Source: Flaccisagitta enflata
Lineage: Eukaryota
Length of the DNA: 64,000 bases
Assembly: GCA_965153355.1 (NCBI GenBank)
Contig: OZ231126.1
Location: forward strand, 10,292,001 to 10,356,000
Direction of reading: 5' to 3'
Position numbers and translations under genes: made by a program. The notes under the pieces are model-generated. The model was not told where the DNA came from. It made no database searches and saw only the letters and a list, made by a program, of their open reading frames with translations. This document shows, in pieces, positions 16,412-31,808 of this stretch (the first letter of the stretch is position 1; every line of letters starts with the position of its first letter).

Positions 16412-16934
16412 AATTAGGCCGGATACATGGCGATATCAACAGCGTGCGAATTGAGAGGGTCTGCAATGCTCCAAAACGTGCTCTCCATTTCAACTTTAAC
16501 TTTTTCAAGCTCATTGAACGAAAAGACAGACGGATGGACGGACACAGCTTCATTTGGAGTTAAACGCAACCAAGAAGCCAGGAAATAAGAAATAAACAAT
16601 TTTAACTCGCGGACAATACGACACTTTTCGGTCCGTCCGACCATCACAAAGTCAGTTTCGAAGGTTTTCCGCTCCTGCCAACCCAAATACTCTTCCGTAA
16701 CGAAGATAGCCATGTAACCGACCTTGTTTTCTTATCTTTGTATATCAGCTTGTTTTGCGTCTGTAATTATGTGGTTTTTTTTCTCGTCTGTCTGTCATGT
16801 CTGCCTGTAGCTGTGTGTGAATCTCTGTCTAAGTGTGTATCTCAATCAGTTTCAGAAATCTTTTAAAATGTCTTTATCAAAAATATTCAAAGTTATTTTC
16901 TATATCTGTTTTATCAATTAATGATAGGTGTCTT

Positions 16935-16995
<61 letters not shown>

Positions 16996-17283
16996 TCCAG
17001 GCGGAGAATAAATGGACGGGTGGACCCGGACTGCAGCCACGAATATTCCAAAACAAATTCATCAAAAGAGGAGAAAGTGTTTGAGGCAGGATTTTCAAGT
17101 CCCATGGATTCCAGATTCGGGAGTCCCTCTCTGTCTTTCTGTCTGTCTCTGTTTGTCTGTCTTTCCGTGTCTGTCTGTCTCTTTCGGTCATTGTCTGACT
17201 GTCTCTGTCTGTCCGCCTCTGTCCGTCTGTGTCTGTCTTTGTCCGGCAGCATCTGCCCGTCTCTGCCCGTCTCTGCCAGTTTT

Positions 17284-17348
<65 letters not shown>

Positions 17349-17699
17349 CCTGCAATACTCCTTTTTTTCCGTTTCCATAACCAAATTTCCCGGTTTTTGA
17401 ATTGCTCAAAAATTCAATTCAATTCTGATTGAGGAAGGCTTTTACAGGCAGAGAGTGTTATTGGCAGAAAGTCTGTTGTCAGTAATGAGTCTCTGATAGG
17501 CGGAGAATCTTTTTTTCAGGCTGAGTTTCTCACAGGCAGAAAATCTTTTTTTTTTTGACAAAATCTACCATTAGTATGGATGGATTGGATTGGATTGGAT
17601 TGGAGTGCCAATCTCCGGTCTCTGATGACAGTTCAGAGAAGCACAGCAGATAATAACGGCCGGCTGTTCATTAGGACAAACACAAGCAAGCGCATATGT

Positions 17700-18290
17700 T
17701 CACAATAAGCGGATGGACAATAACAGATACTTATAGGGAAGGCTGCAAATAAACAATAACAGACACTTAACGCGCCAGCTGTAGATAGACAATAACAGAA
17801 GCTTAGCGTGTTAGCTGCGGATAGACAATAACAGAGACTAACCTGTTTGCTGCGTATAGACACTGACAAACAATTAACGTGTCGGCTAGCCTTGGGTGTC
17901 AGGTGGTGGTTATGGGTGGTTAGAGTTGAGATAGGCCTAGGAGCCTGATAGGTGGTCATTTTGGGCCAGTGTGAGGGTGTCAGGTGCTGGTTATAGGTGG
18001 ATAGAGTTGAGATAGGCCCAGGAGCTTGATAGGTGGTCATTTAGAGCCAGAGTGAGGGTATCATGTAGTGGTTATGGATGGGTAGATTTGTGATAGGCCT
18101 AGGCACTTGATAGGTGGTTATTTAGAACTAAGTTAGGCCTTGGAGCTTGACAGGTGGCTATTTACTATTTTTAGGGCCAGCGTGTGGCTGCGGATAGACA
18201 ATGACAGAAACTAACCTGTCAGCTGCGTTTAGACACTATCAGACACTTAAGTGCCGACTGCGGATAGACAATAACAGACACGGACGTGCC
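17700..18290. repeat. Degenerate ~36-bp repeats (GCGGATAGACAATAACAGAC) interrupted by ~78-bp repeats at ~17895-18160
   Basis: Recurrent motifs are visible. Confidence 0.65.
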
Positions 18291-18549
18291 GCCTGCATAG
18301 CTTCACTTACGTCATATGCATTCATCCTGATCCTCCTCTCGAGGACGAAATCCGAATTACCGAAATCCTCCCTCACACCCTTCGGACCCAGATATCCTCG
18401 CGTTTCCCCCCTTCTTTAGTTCTTATCTTACTCAGCTCCTCTGCCCACACACACACATGGCACTGCCTTTATTGAACTCGTACTCATGAAGCGTTGCATC
18501 CGAGTCTTGACTGTGACTTTGATTGCGAAAGTCTCGCTTGCTCTCTCTC

Positions 18550-18733
<184 letters not shown>

Positions 18734-18855
18734 AGTGCGTATCATTGCCCCGAATTCTGTTCCCTGAGATATACCATTTATTCTTTTTAGTGATGCCCAG
18801 AATTCTGGGCCCCAAGAAAATGCATCATCATTGTCAAAAATATTTTCCCTCTCTC

Positions 18856-18938
<83 letters not shown>

Positions 18939-19385
18939 CTCTCTTATAAGAGAAACAAGGTCGGATACATGACCACCCTAGTTGAGTCTTGGTTGGCAGG
19001 GGCCATATTTGAGGCCACATCTGGGTAGGAGAATAGAGTCCAAATAAAAAATATAGAAAAGTAAAATGTGATTGACAAACAGACAGACAGACAGACAAGA
19101 TTTGTTGGTTTTGAAAGGAGGTCATATTTGGTATTTTTGTTTTTTTCTTAATTTTTTTTTTAGTTTTGGGGCATTAAAGGGCTAACGTCTGATTGCAACT
19201 CAAATGAGAATGAAAGCTGCTTTTTCACTAGAAACAATCACAGTCCATGGTAAGAGAGATTGAGATGGGGGTGACAAAGGACAAAAGCAGAGAGAACTGC
19301 AAGTTCAACCTGACAATGATCCACATTAAAAATCAGAATGACCTTAAGTCAAAATTTGCAACCAGAGTGACCACAAAGCAGAGGA

Positions 19386-19445
<60 letters not shown>

Positions 19446-19716
19446 CATAATGATGACATGTTACCTGTCACTATACAGAATGCTGCGGCACTAGAATTTA
19501 TCATAATAAGCAAATAGACACTAGATTCACGCTAAACACGGTTAATGTTTGGTAGTAATGTTGTGACCTTATCACTGCCCCTGTAACCCCATTGTGACTG
19601 GGGTATCAGTGTATCCGGCCTTGTTTTTACACAACACACTTATAGCTGGAATTTGGGTTGCAATCGAGGATGGGGGGAAAAAGAGGAACAGGAAGAAAAA
19701 TTCAGCCAGAGAAAGA

Positions 19717-19881
<165 letters not shown>

Positions 19882-19953
19882 TTAAAGATTAGAGAGGAGA
19901 GAGTTCTTTTATAAAAGATATGGCTCTTCTGGGAACTCTCTTCTGGGTCTGAG

Positions 19954-20100
<147 letters not shown>

Positions 20101-20194
20101 TCATTTGGTTGGTCATGTTGTGGCTTTACAACACGTGTTTCGGTGACTAAGAATCCACGCCTCCGGAAATACGAGGATTTGCTCCAATGATCCC

Positions 20195-20780
20195 GAGAGA
20201 CAGAATCGATGATACAGCGAGACAAAGAGAGACACAATGGATGACAGAGAGAGACAAAGAGAGACGCAATTGATGACACAGAGAGTCAAAGAGAGACACA
20301 ATCGATGACACAGAGAGACAAAGAGAGACATAATCGATGACACAGAGAGACAAAGAGAGACACAATCGATGACATGGAGAGACACAATAGATGACACAGA
20401 GAGACAAAGAGAGACATAATCGATAACATAGAGAGACAATGAGAGACACAATCGATGACACAGAGAGACAAAGAGAGACATAATCGATGACAAAGATAAA
20501 TAATGAGAGACACAATCGATGACACAGAGAGACAAAGAGAAACATATTCGATGACATAGAGACAATGAGAGACACAATCGATGACACAGAGAGACACAAT
20601 CAATGACACAGAGAGTGAGAGAGACACAGATGATGGTACAGAACCATTGATGACACAGTAAGACAATGAGAGACACAATTAATGAGAGAAACAGAGAGAC
20701 AAAGAGAGATACAATCGATGACAGAGAGACAAAAGAGACAGAGTCAAAGAGACAGAGACACAAAGAAATGCTTGATGACA
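20195..20780. repeat. ~30-bp minisatellite (GAGACACAATCGATGACACAGAGAGACAAA)
   Basis: Directly visible. Confidence 0.85.
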
Positions 20781-20816
20781 CCGAGCGGCGAATACAGACA
20801 AATTCGAACAGAGTCT

Positions 20817-20915
<99 letters not shown>

Positions 20916-21647
20916 GCAGACAACCGCACATGGACATTGCATACTAGTGTGCATGCATGCGGCAGACATGCACGCTCGCACGCACGTGGCAGATAAGCGC
21001 CCATGTGCGTGGCTGATAAGCATGCACGCTCGCACGTGGCAGATAAGCGATCTCTCTTCCAACTCCAAGTCATTTCGTTTCCACGGTGGTCAATTTCAAT
21101 CGATGGGCGTTATCACAAATTTCTCTGCCTCTTCCCTTCATTCAAATTCAGAGCAAGAGCCACAAAAGGCAACTTCCCTTCATTTGCCTATTCCCTCTTT
21201 TCCTTTCTTTCACTGTTGAATTGTGATATTGAATTTTAAGATTTGTTCTTTTCTTCTGTTTTGTTTGCCATTTTCGGATTTGTTCGAAGTGACCTTAAAT
21301 TTTCATGGTAATGTCGTACTTTACTCGTGGATGAGAACATACACACAACTCGTTGTTCGAGTTCAGCTTTAACCTCAACTACTACCGCGTTGAGTGAGGG
21401 ATGTTTAGAGCGCCAAGGGCTGGGGTACAGCCACTTTTTGCCACTTCCCAAGGCCTACCTTACCCCTCTCCCCCCCTTCTTTTCCTCCTTTCCTTTCTCT
21501 TTTCTTTCTTCCTCTCCCTCTTCCTCTCCCTCCTCTTCCTCCTCTTCTCTTCCCCACCGTGCCGTGTTAGTGTCTAGTATTGCGAGTAAATCGCGGCAGA
21601 GACTCCCAAGGTTGACGTTTTTATGATTGAGTGACTTTGGGTTTCTC

Positions 21648-22266
21648 TTGGCAATTGCCTGTTGCTCCGTTCTAGTGCCAGTAGTCCGACTCTGATGCCA
21701 ATTGCCAGTAGTCCAACTCTGATGCCAATTGCCAGTTGCTCCATTCTAGTGCCAGTAGTCCAACTCTGATGCCAATTGCCAGTAGTCCAACTCTGATGCC
21801 AATTGCCAGTTGCTCCATTCTAGTGCCAGTAGTCCAACTCTGATGCCAATTGCCAGTTGTCTAACTCTGATGCTAATTGCCAGTTGCTCCCCTCCAGTGC
21901 CAGTAGTCCAACTTTAATGCCAATTGCTAGTTGTTTCGTTCTAATGCCAGTATTCCAACTCTGATACTAGTCACTCCGTTCTAGTGCCAGTAGTCTAAAT
22001 CTGATGCTAGTTGCTCCATTTTAATGTCAGTAGTCCAACTTTGATGCCATTTACTCCAATCTAGTTAAGTAGTCCAAATCTGATGCCAGTTGCTCTATTC
22101 TAGTGTTTGTAGTCCAACTTTTATCCCAGTTGCTCCATTCTAGTGTCAGCTGCCCGACTCTGATGCCAGTTACTCTGTTCTAGTGCCAGTAGTCTAGCCC
22201 TGGTGCCAATTGCTTTGTTCTAGTGCCAGTAGTCCAACTCTGGTGCCAGTTGGTCCATTCTGATGC
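21648..22266. repeat. ~20-bp minisatellite (TGCCAGTAGTCCAACTCTGA / TGCCAGTTGCTCCATTCTAG alternating)
   Basis: Directly visible. Confidence 0.85.
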
Positions 22267-22417
22267 TCGTGACGTCGTCCCAAGAAACAGTGCCGAAGCA
22301 CTAGGCCTCGTTACCAGAAAAAAATGTATTGCAATTTATTGCACCAGAGGCAATGATTCAGTTCGCTGCTTCGGTTGAACGTGTCAAATAGTGATTGTAT
22401 GGACATGAAACATGAAA

Positions 22418-22877
22418 TACTTTTTTTTTATAAGAACGTCATTTTTTGAGCAAGCCTTCAATGTTCTTAAATTTTCAGCTGTTTAAAGGTTTAAACGTTC
22501 TTAAATTGTTCTTAATTTAAACGCACTTTTCAACCTTCAATTTAGAAAGTTCTTAATTAGTTTTAAGTTTGTCATTAAGGAGAAGATGAAGCAAAACGTC
22601 AATGAAACAAGGTATTTCATTTAGATCAATAAGAGTAGAAAAATATATGTTTTGAAAAGTGAGACATGATTTGCTGAACAGAAAAGATACAGAGTTTATC
22701 CATTTACAAAGAACAAAAAAAATGTTCTTAGATTTTTATGATTTTAAGCCTTATAAGTTATATTCCTGAATTTTTGAAGAAATGAAGCCTTCTAATATTC
22801 TTAATATGTTCTTAAATTTTTGACGATTTGAAGCCTAGCCTTCTTATAAACTTGGTTCTTATAAAAAAAAAAGTGTA
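22418..22877. mobile_element. MITE with TIR (T)nATAAGAAC...GTTCTTAT(A)n
   Basis: Inverted termini at 22418-22440 and 22855-22877. A related element lies at ~23465-23850. Confidence 0.6.
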
Positions 22878-23326
22878 ATGCTGTGTTTGTATTCACACAG
22901 AATTTTTTTTTTTTTTTTTAATGGCTGGTTCATGGTAGACGACAATGATACTGCTCAGATGTGTTCAATGACAAAAGATATTCCCCGCGTTTGATTTAAA
23001 TCATTGAAGCTTTTCAAACCAATCTAGGCAGATATCATTACGCTCATTCATGATCCCTAATTGCATCATTTCATCTCAACAATTTCCCCCCTTCAAATTT
23101 CAATCTCTCTCTTTCCCGATCGAAAAATTATTTCTAGGGTTCCAAAAATGAGAAAGAAGAAAAAAGAATCTAGGTCAAAATCATTTGTATCGGGATCGGG
23201 AAAAACCATCCCGATGGCGTAAAAGAGAAACATTCCAACCCAATTCCCAGACTTAGTCTAAAGACATTCTTTCTTTTCCAAGAGAAAGAAAGGAAGAGAG
23301 AGAAAGAGGGAGACAGGGACAGAGAC

Positions 23327-23419
<93 letters not shown>

Positions 23420-23848
23420 AAGGAAGAGAAAGAGATACACTCATTTCTTTGACTAAGAACCTTGTTTATAAGAACATTGAGGCTCAGATGTGGAGAAAAA
23501 TAAGAACAATCATAAGAAAATCGCCAGCCTCAATAAGGGGGGAAGATATGAATATACATTACTTGCTTTAAAACTTTAGTATATGAAAAAGAATTGTGGA
23601 AGTGATACTGATCAATTATAATAATTGAATTCAATCACTCTTACATTGGAATTCGATTCGTTTATAATAAAGATTATGGTTCTTTTATCCATTCAATTGA
23701 CAATCAGAGTTAGGTAACTTGATAAAAGAGCATTCCTGTATAAGCTGTAGTGATTAGAAAAATGAGAGCATTCTAAAAACAATTTGAGCCTCACATTGCT
23801 GTAGAAAGAAGAACACTGAGCCTCAGGAAAAAATACTTGTTCTTATAG

Positions 23849-24008
23849 AAACAAGGCCGGATACACGGCAATCCAGTCGCGGACGGTTGGGCAGGAGCAG
23901 TAATGTGTAAACCGATCGCAATTCAAAAATATTTCGGACGGACGGACCGACGGACCGACGGACCGACCAACATGGCAAGGTGTAGAGTCGCGTGTCCGCG
24001 ACTAAAAA
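23849..24008 (+). mobile_element. Short DINE-1/HINE-like element
   Basis: Near-identical to 3317-3479. Confidence 0.7.
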
Positions 24009-25441
24009 TGAGTGTAATGAAAAAGGGAGACAGGGGAAGAGAGCAGAGACAGAAAGAGACAAAGAAAGAGAAAGAGACGGCGATGAGAGAGAGAAACATA
24101 TGAGGCGGGGAAGGACAGATACAGAGAGAGACAAAGGAAGAGAAAGAGACAGAAAAAGAAAGAAACAGAAAAAAGAAAGAGAAAGAAAAAAGAAAAAGAA
24201 AGAAAAGAGAAAGAGGATGAAAAAAGAGAAAGAAAAAAGAAAGAGAAGGGAAAAAGAAAGAGGAAGAAAAAAGAAAGGGACAGAAAAAAGAAAGAGAAAG
24301 GAAAAAGAAAGAGGAAGAAAAAATAAGAGACAGAAAATAGAAAGAGAAAAAATAAAAAAGATAAAAGAAAGGGGGGAAGGAAAGAGACAGAGACAAAGAG
24401 GAAGTAAAGAAGCAAATTGAAAGGGAAACTTTTTCCACGTTGATATTTTGAATATGCAAAGTTCAAACGTGCTTCTTTCTCTTTCTTCTTTCTCTTTCTT
24501 CTTTCTCTTTCTTCTTTCTCTTTCTTCTTTCTCTGTATTTCCTTCTCTTGTTCTTTCTTTCTTTTTTCCATTCATTCATGCATTCTATCTTTTCTTCTTG
24601 GCTTTCTTTGCTGTCTCTCTCTGTACATCTATTCCCTTTTCTACTGGAGAAGAAATCCCTAATTTGTACATTCGAAGTTGTAAAAAAGATGCTATGTCAA
24701 CAATCAAAAATAAAAAGACTACTCGATGGTTTGCAAGTAGGAAGTTGCGATTTCGTCCCTCATGCACACAAGTCACATAAAGCGCCCATGTCGCGGGGTC
24801 AACCACTCACGGCTCTCTTAACAACAATCAGCTAGGTGAGATTAGGATAAGAGAAGACACAGCTCGATATTCACACCCCAACTGTTTTTAATCCCTAATC
24901 CGTCTGTAATTATCGTCGTGTTGTCGAGATGCGATGACGTCACACTTTCACCGAATCACCGTGGCGATGGCGCCAACGACACATGGCGAACTCTCTCTCT
25001 CTCTCTCTCTCCCCGCAGAGTAGTTTTCTCATAATTGCTTCAGTTCTTGAGTACATCATTTCCAGAGGGTTTTTAGTTGCGGACACGCAACCCTATGAGA
25101 GGCTTTGTCCGTCCGTCGGTCCGTCGAATGGTCCGTGGACATGAGTGTGGGGGCATGGGGTACGGATGGGGGTTGGATGCCCCTGCCTACCAGTCCGCAA
25201 AGATACATACATACATACATAGTCTCTGTTGCACAGTGCAGGGAGGTGTCCTAGGAGCTAGATTGTATACATCACATTCATTCCAGCCGTCCCGCTGGGG
25301 TAATATTCCTGTCCCCATGCTCACTCAATCTCGGCCCGTTCCCTACGGACAAAATGAAACGAATTTGATTCAAATTGAATTCAATCAATATTGTTTGATA
25401 GTACAAAATGATCAAAATCACAAGTCTTCTTCCCTAACCCG

Positions 25442-25480
<39 letters not shown>

Positions 25481-25684
25481 CCTCATTTCTGAATGAGCAC
25501 AGTTGAGGGTGGGTATCACCAGTGGGAAAATCAAACTGGTGAGAATTTGTTTAAAAAAAGATTCTTACCAGTGGGATGAAAAAATTATCCCACTGCTGAG
25601 AATCTTTTTTTAAATAAATTCTCACGAGTGGGAAGAATCAAATTCTCACCAGTGGGAAAGGAAAAAAGGAAAGAGAATAAGGAA

Positions 25685-26503
25685 AACAGGTCGCCCAAGG
25701 GCAATATGTGGTCAGCGATACCCGTTGCCCTGCTTTGAGTGATTGTGAATTGGAGTGAGGGGAAGCAGGGCAGCGGCCCCGAAGGGGACGAAGTCCTGTA
25801 GAACACAGGGGGACTTTCGTTCGTCCTGCCTGAAGAAGTGGATCAGATGCTATAGAGGGCTTACTGAAGGCCTTCAAGAGCCTAAACTGAGGTCTAAGAC
25901 AGCTGACGTAAGGCCTCAGAATGCCAATCGGAAGCTTGAGAGGGCTGATTTAATGCTTGAGAGAGCTGGATTAAGGCTTGAAAGGTCAGACAACTGATTT
26001 TAAGCCTGAGAGCAATAAATTGAGGCTTAGATAGCTGATTTAAGGCCTGAGAGGCCTGATTTGAGGCTTGAGAGGCCCGAGAGGCCTAATTTGAGGCCTG
26101 AGAGGCCAGGTTTGAGGCTTGAAAATTTGGATTTGAGGCCGGCGGAGCCTAATTTGAGGCCTGAGAGGCCAGGTTTGAGGCCTGAGAGGTTGGATTTGAG
26201 GTCCGAGAGGCCGGATTTGAGGCCAGAGAAGCCTAATTTGAGGCCTGAGAGGCCAGGTTTGAGGCCTGAGAGGTTGGATTTGAGGTCTGAGAGGCCGGAT
26301 TTGAGGCCTGAGAGGCCGGATATGAGGCCTGAGAGGCTGGATTTCAGGCCTGAGAGGCCAGATTTGAGGTCTCAGAGGCCAGATTTGGGGCCTGAGGCCC
26401 TGGTGAGGGGGGGGGACGAACAAACGAACGAACAAACGGACGAACGAACGAATGTCCCCCTGTGTTCTACAGGACTTCGTCCCCTTCGGAGCCGCTGCCC
26501 AAA
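25685..26503. repeat. Repeat element containing a 21-bp tandem array (GAGGCCTGAGAGGCCAGATTT), flanked by inverted arms
   Basis: GGGCAGCGGCCCCGAAGGGGACGAAGTCCTGTAGAACACAGGGGGAC (~25768) is the reverse complement of ~26454-26500. The array spans ~25930-26395. Confidence 0.75.
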
Positions 26504-26549
26504 AAGGAAAGAGAAAAAGAGAAAAGGAGAGAGAGAAAAGAGAGAGAGA

Positions 26550-26739
<190 letters not shown>

Positions 26740-27376
26740 GAATAGATAGAGAAAAAAAAAAACAATAAGAAAGTGTTATCAAAAGCCCTCTTTTTCTGCA
26801 AAACAAAGAAATAATTAAAATGGTAGATTCGATTTGCAACAAAGCATGTGTTGTATGTTTGTTAGTCTATTGTATTGAATCAATTGCATTTATACAATAT
26901 TTATCATAGCAGATATATCATCCTAAATGGCTTTGTCAAGTTTTTAGGTGCGAGAAAGCACTTCTATAATTGCCTGTGTCAGTTGGTTGGTCGCTTGGTT
27001 GGTCAGTTGGTTAGTCGGTAATGCATTTATTCAATGATCCACATGTCAGACCTCATTGACCTACTTGGCCTTGTTTGATGCATCCTCGCATCTGTATAAG
27101 AGGGTGTCTCCATCCGTTGGTCAGTCTGTCCGTCGGATCATTACCCATTAATCAAAATTAGTAAACAACCACCTATCACACCATTTCTAGATGTCTTCTC
27201 GCATCTATGTAAGAAAAAGTGTCCATCCGTAAGTTGGTCTATCCATCAGTCCATTACCTATACGTCATTCTTCTTAGCCGTGATGCTAATATTCCAATCT
27301 ATAGATCCATTTCAAGGACCCAAAATCAAAATCTGAAATCACACACTTGTGGACCCTATATAACGGGTGGTCTTTA

Positions 27377-29290
27377 AACAAGGCCAACACCTATAAGTCG
27401 CGTGCAGGACAAAAATAACTGAACTGACCTGATTCCTTATTGTATCTTTTTATCGAAAATCAGACTTAAACGCAACCCAAAAAGACTCAAACTAGACTCA
27501 AACCAGACTCAAACCAGACTCAAACGAGACTCAAACCAGAATTAAACCAGACCAAAACCAGACCTAAATCAGACATAAACCAGACATAAACCAGATTTAA
27601 GCCAGACTCAAACCAGACTCAAACCAGACTCAAACCAGACTCAAACCAGACTCAAACCAGACTTAAACAAGACCAAAACCAGGCTCAAATCAGGCTCAAA
27701 CCAGGCTCAAACCAGAATCAAACCAGACTCAAACCAGAATCAAACCAGACCAAAACCAGACCAAAACCAGACCAAAACCAGACCTAAACCAGACCTAAAT
27801 CAAACGTAAACCAGACAAAAACCAGACATAGACCACACCTAAACCAGACCTAACCCAGACCTAAACCAGACATAAATCAGACATGAACCAGTCTTAAACC
27901 AGACTTAATCCAGACTTAAACCAGACGTAAACCAGATGTAAACCAGACGTAAACCAGACTTTAACCAGACTTAAACCATTCTTAAACCAGACTTAAACCA
28001 GACTTAAACCAGACTTAAACCAGACTTAAACCAGAATTAAACCATACTCATCTTTAATATCATTTTAACCAGCAGACTAAAACCAGCAGACTTAAACCAT
28101 TAGACCAGCAGACTTAAACCATTAAATTTAAACCAGCAGACTTAAACCAGCAGACTTAAACCAGCAGATTCAAACCAGCAGACTTAAACCAGCAGACTTA
28201 ACCCATAAGATTTCAACCAGCAGACTTAAACCAGCAGATTTAAACCAGCAGATTTAAACCATCAGACTTTAACCATCAGACTTTACCCAGCAGACTTTAA
28301 CCAGCAGACTCTTGCAGACTTTAACCATCAGACTTTAACCAGCAGACTTCAACCAGCAGACTTTAACCAGCAGACTTTAACCAAAAATGTCCAAAATGAC
28401 CAAAAATGACCAAAAATGACCTAAATGACCAAAGATGACCAAAATGACCAAAATGACCAAAAATGGCCAAAATGACCAAAATGACCAAAATGACCAAAAA
28501 TGATCAAAAATGATCAAAAATGATCAAAAATGACCAAAAACGACCAAAAATGATCAAAATGACCAAAATGACCAAAAATGACCAAAAATGACCAAAATGA
28601 CCAAAAATGACCAAAAATGACCAAAAATGACCAAGATGACCAAAATGACCAAAATGACCAAAAATGACTAAAGATGACCAAAATGACCAAAATAACCAAA
28701 ATAACCAAAATGACCAAAAATGACCAAAAATGACCAAAAATGACCAAAAATGATCAAAAATGACCAAAAATGACCAAAATGACCAAAATGACCAAAAATG
28801 ACCAAAAATGACCAAAATGACCAAAAATGACCAAAAATGACCAAAATGACCAAAAATGACCAAAAATGACCAAAAATGACCAAAAATGACCAAAAATAAC
28901 CAAAAGTGATCAAAAATGACCAAAAATGACCAAAACGACCAAAATGACCAAAACGACAAAAATGACAAAAAATGACCAAAAATGACCAAAAATGATTAAA
29001 AATGATCAAAATTGATCAAAATTGATCAAAATTGATCAAAAATGAGCAAAATTGACCAAAAATGACCAAAAATAACCAAAATGACCAAAATGACCAAATG
29101 ACCAAAAATGACCAAAAATGATTAAAAGCAACCAATAATTCCCAAAAACAACAAAAAATTGACTCAAAATAACTCCAGATGACCCAATAAGACGCAAAAA
29201 AGCAAAGTGTTACCGACGGACCGACGGACGGACCGACGGACCGACCGACCGGCGGAGCGGGTTGTAGAGTCGCGTGCACGCGACTAAAAA
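27377..29290 (+). mobile_element. Long DINE-1/HINE-like element with three successive satellites (AAACCAGACT; AACCAGCAGACTT; AAAATGACC), copy 1
   Basis: Family termini as at 3595-5337. Collinear with 29741-31808. Confidence 0.75.
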
Positions 29291-29740
29291 TTTGCTTTTA
29301 ATTTTTTTCGCTGCAACCCAAAAAAAAGGGTAAAGAATTTAATCCTAGCCTTGGATCATCTCCATGCTTTTGGACCGAAATCCTGACTTATAAACATTGG
29401 AAATAGACCCTTTCCTCCCTCTTCCTCCTCATTCCTCCCCCTTCCTCCATTTCCTCCTTTTTCTTCCCGCTGGTGAGAATTTTTTTTCTTAAAAATACTC
29501 ACCAGTGGGAAATACTTTTTTCCTACCAGTGGGATGAATTTTTTATCCCACTGGTGAGAATTTGATTTCATCCCACTGGTGAGAAAAAAATCCTTCCCAC
29601 TGGTGAGAATTCCCCACAGTGGGTGCTAGGCCACACTAGTCCGAATTGGATTGCGGTATTTCTATATATTCCTTTAAATATCAGGGCTTAATTCTAGCGT
29701 GCTTCATTGATTCTTTTTTGTTAAGATGTAAGATTTGGAG

Positions 29741-31808
29741 AAACAAGGCCAACACCTATAAGTCGCGTGCAGGACAAAAATAACTGAACTGACCTGACTC
29801 CTTATTGTATCTTTTTATCGAAAATCAGACTTAAACGCAACCCAAAAAGACACAAACTAGACTCAAACCAGACTCAAACAGGACTCAAACCAGACTCAAA
29901 CCAGACTCAAACCAGAATTAAACCAGACCGAAACCAGACCTAAATCAGACATAAACCAGACTCAAACCAGACTCAAACCAGACTAAGCCAGACTCAAACC
30001 AGACTCAAACAAGACTCAAACCAGACTCAAACCAGACTCAAACCAGACTCAAACAAGACTTAAACAAGACCGAAACCAGGCTCAAACCAGGCTCAAACCA
30101 GGCTCAAACCAGACTCAAACCAGACTCAAACCAGACTCAAACCAGACTCAAACCAGAATTAAACCAGACCAAAACCAGACCAAAACCAGACCAAAACCAG
30201 ACCAAAACCAGACCTAAATCAGAACTAAATCAAACATAAACCAGACAAAAACCAGACATAGACCAGACCTAAACCAGACCTAACCCAGACCTAAACCAGA
30301 CATAAATCAGACATGAACCAGTCTTAAACCAGACTTAATCCAGACTTAAACCAGACGTAAACCAGACTTAAACCAGACTTTAACCAGACTTAAATCATAC
30401 TAAAACCAGACTTAAACCAGACTTAAACCAGACTTAAACCAGACTTAAACCATACTTATCTTTAATATCATTTTAACCAGCAGACTTAAACCAGCAGACT
30501 TAAACCATTAGACCAGCAGACTTAAACCATTAGATTTAAACCAGCAGACTTAAACCAGCAGACTTAAACCAGCAGATTCAAACTAGCAGACTTTAACCAG
30601 CAGACTTAACCCATTAGATTTCAACCAGCAGACTTAAACCAGCAGATTTAAACCAGCAGATTTGAACCATGAGACTTTAACCATCAGACTTTACCCAGCA
30701 GACTTTAACCAGCAGACTCTAACCTGCAGACTTTAACCAGCAGACTTCAACCAGCAGACTTTAACCAGCAGACTTTAACCAGCAGACTTTAACCAAAAAT
30801 GACCAAAAATGACCAAAAATGACCAAAAATGACCAAAATGACCAAAAATGACCAAAATGACCAAAAATGACCAAAAATGACCAAAAATGACCAAAAATGA
30901 CCAAAAATGACCAAAAATGACCAAAAATGACCTAAATGACCAAGATGACCAAAATGAACAAAATGAACAAAGATGACCAAAATGACCAAAATGACCAAAA
31001 TGACCAAAATGACCAAAAATGATCAAATATAACCAAAAATGATCAAAAATGACTAAAATTGACCAAAAATGATCAAAATGACCAAAATGACCAAAAATGA
31101 CTAAAAATGACCAAAAATGACCAAAAATGACCAAAAATGACCAAAAATGACCAAAATGACCAAAAATGATCAAAAATGATCAAAAATGACCAAAATGACT
31201 AAAATGACAAAAATGACTAAAAATAACTAAAAATGACCCAAAATGATCAAAAAGTACCAAAAATGATCAAAAAGTACCAAAAATGTCCAAAAATGACCAA
31301 AAATGACCAAAATAACCAAATATGACCAAAAATGACCAAAAATGACCATAATGACCAAAAATGACCAAAATGACCAAAATGACCAAAAATGACCAAAAAT
31401 GACCAAAAATGACCAAAAATGACCAAAATGACCAAAATGACCAAAATGACCAAAATGACCAAAATGACCAAAAATGATCAAAATGACCAAAATGACCAAA
31501 ATGACCAAAAATGATCCAAAATGATCAAAAATGATCAGAAATGGCCAAAAATGGCCAAAAATGACCAAAATGACCAAAATGACCAAAAATGACCAAAATG
31601 ACCAAAAATGACCAAAAATGACCAAAAATGACTAAAAGCAACCAATAATTCCCAAAAACAACAAAAAAATGACTCAAAAAAACTCCAGACGACCCAAAAA
31701 GACGCAAAAAAGCAAAGTGTTACGGACCGACCGACCGACCGACCGACAGACCGACCGACCGACCGACCGACGGAGCGGGTTGTAGAGTCGCGTGAACGCG
31801 ACTAAAAA
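29741..31808 (+). mobile_element. Long DINE-1/HINE-like element with three successive satellites, copy 2
   Basis: Unique segments are near-identical to copy 1; array lengths differ. Confidence 0.75.
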
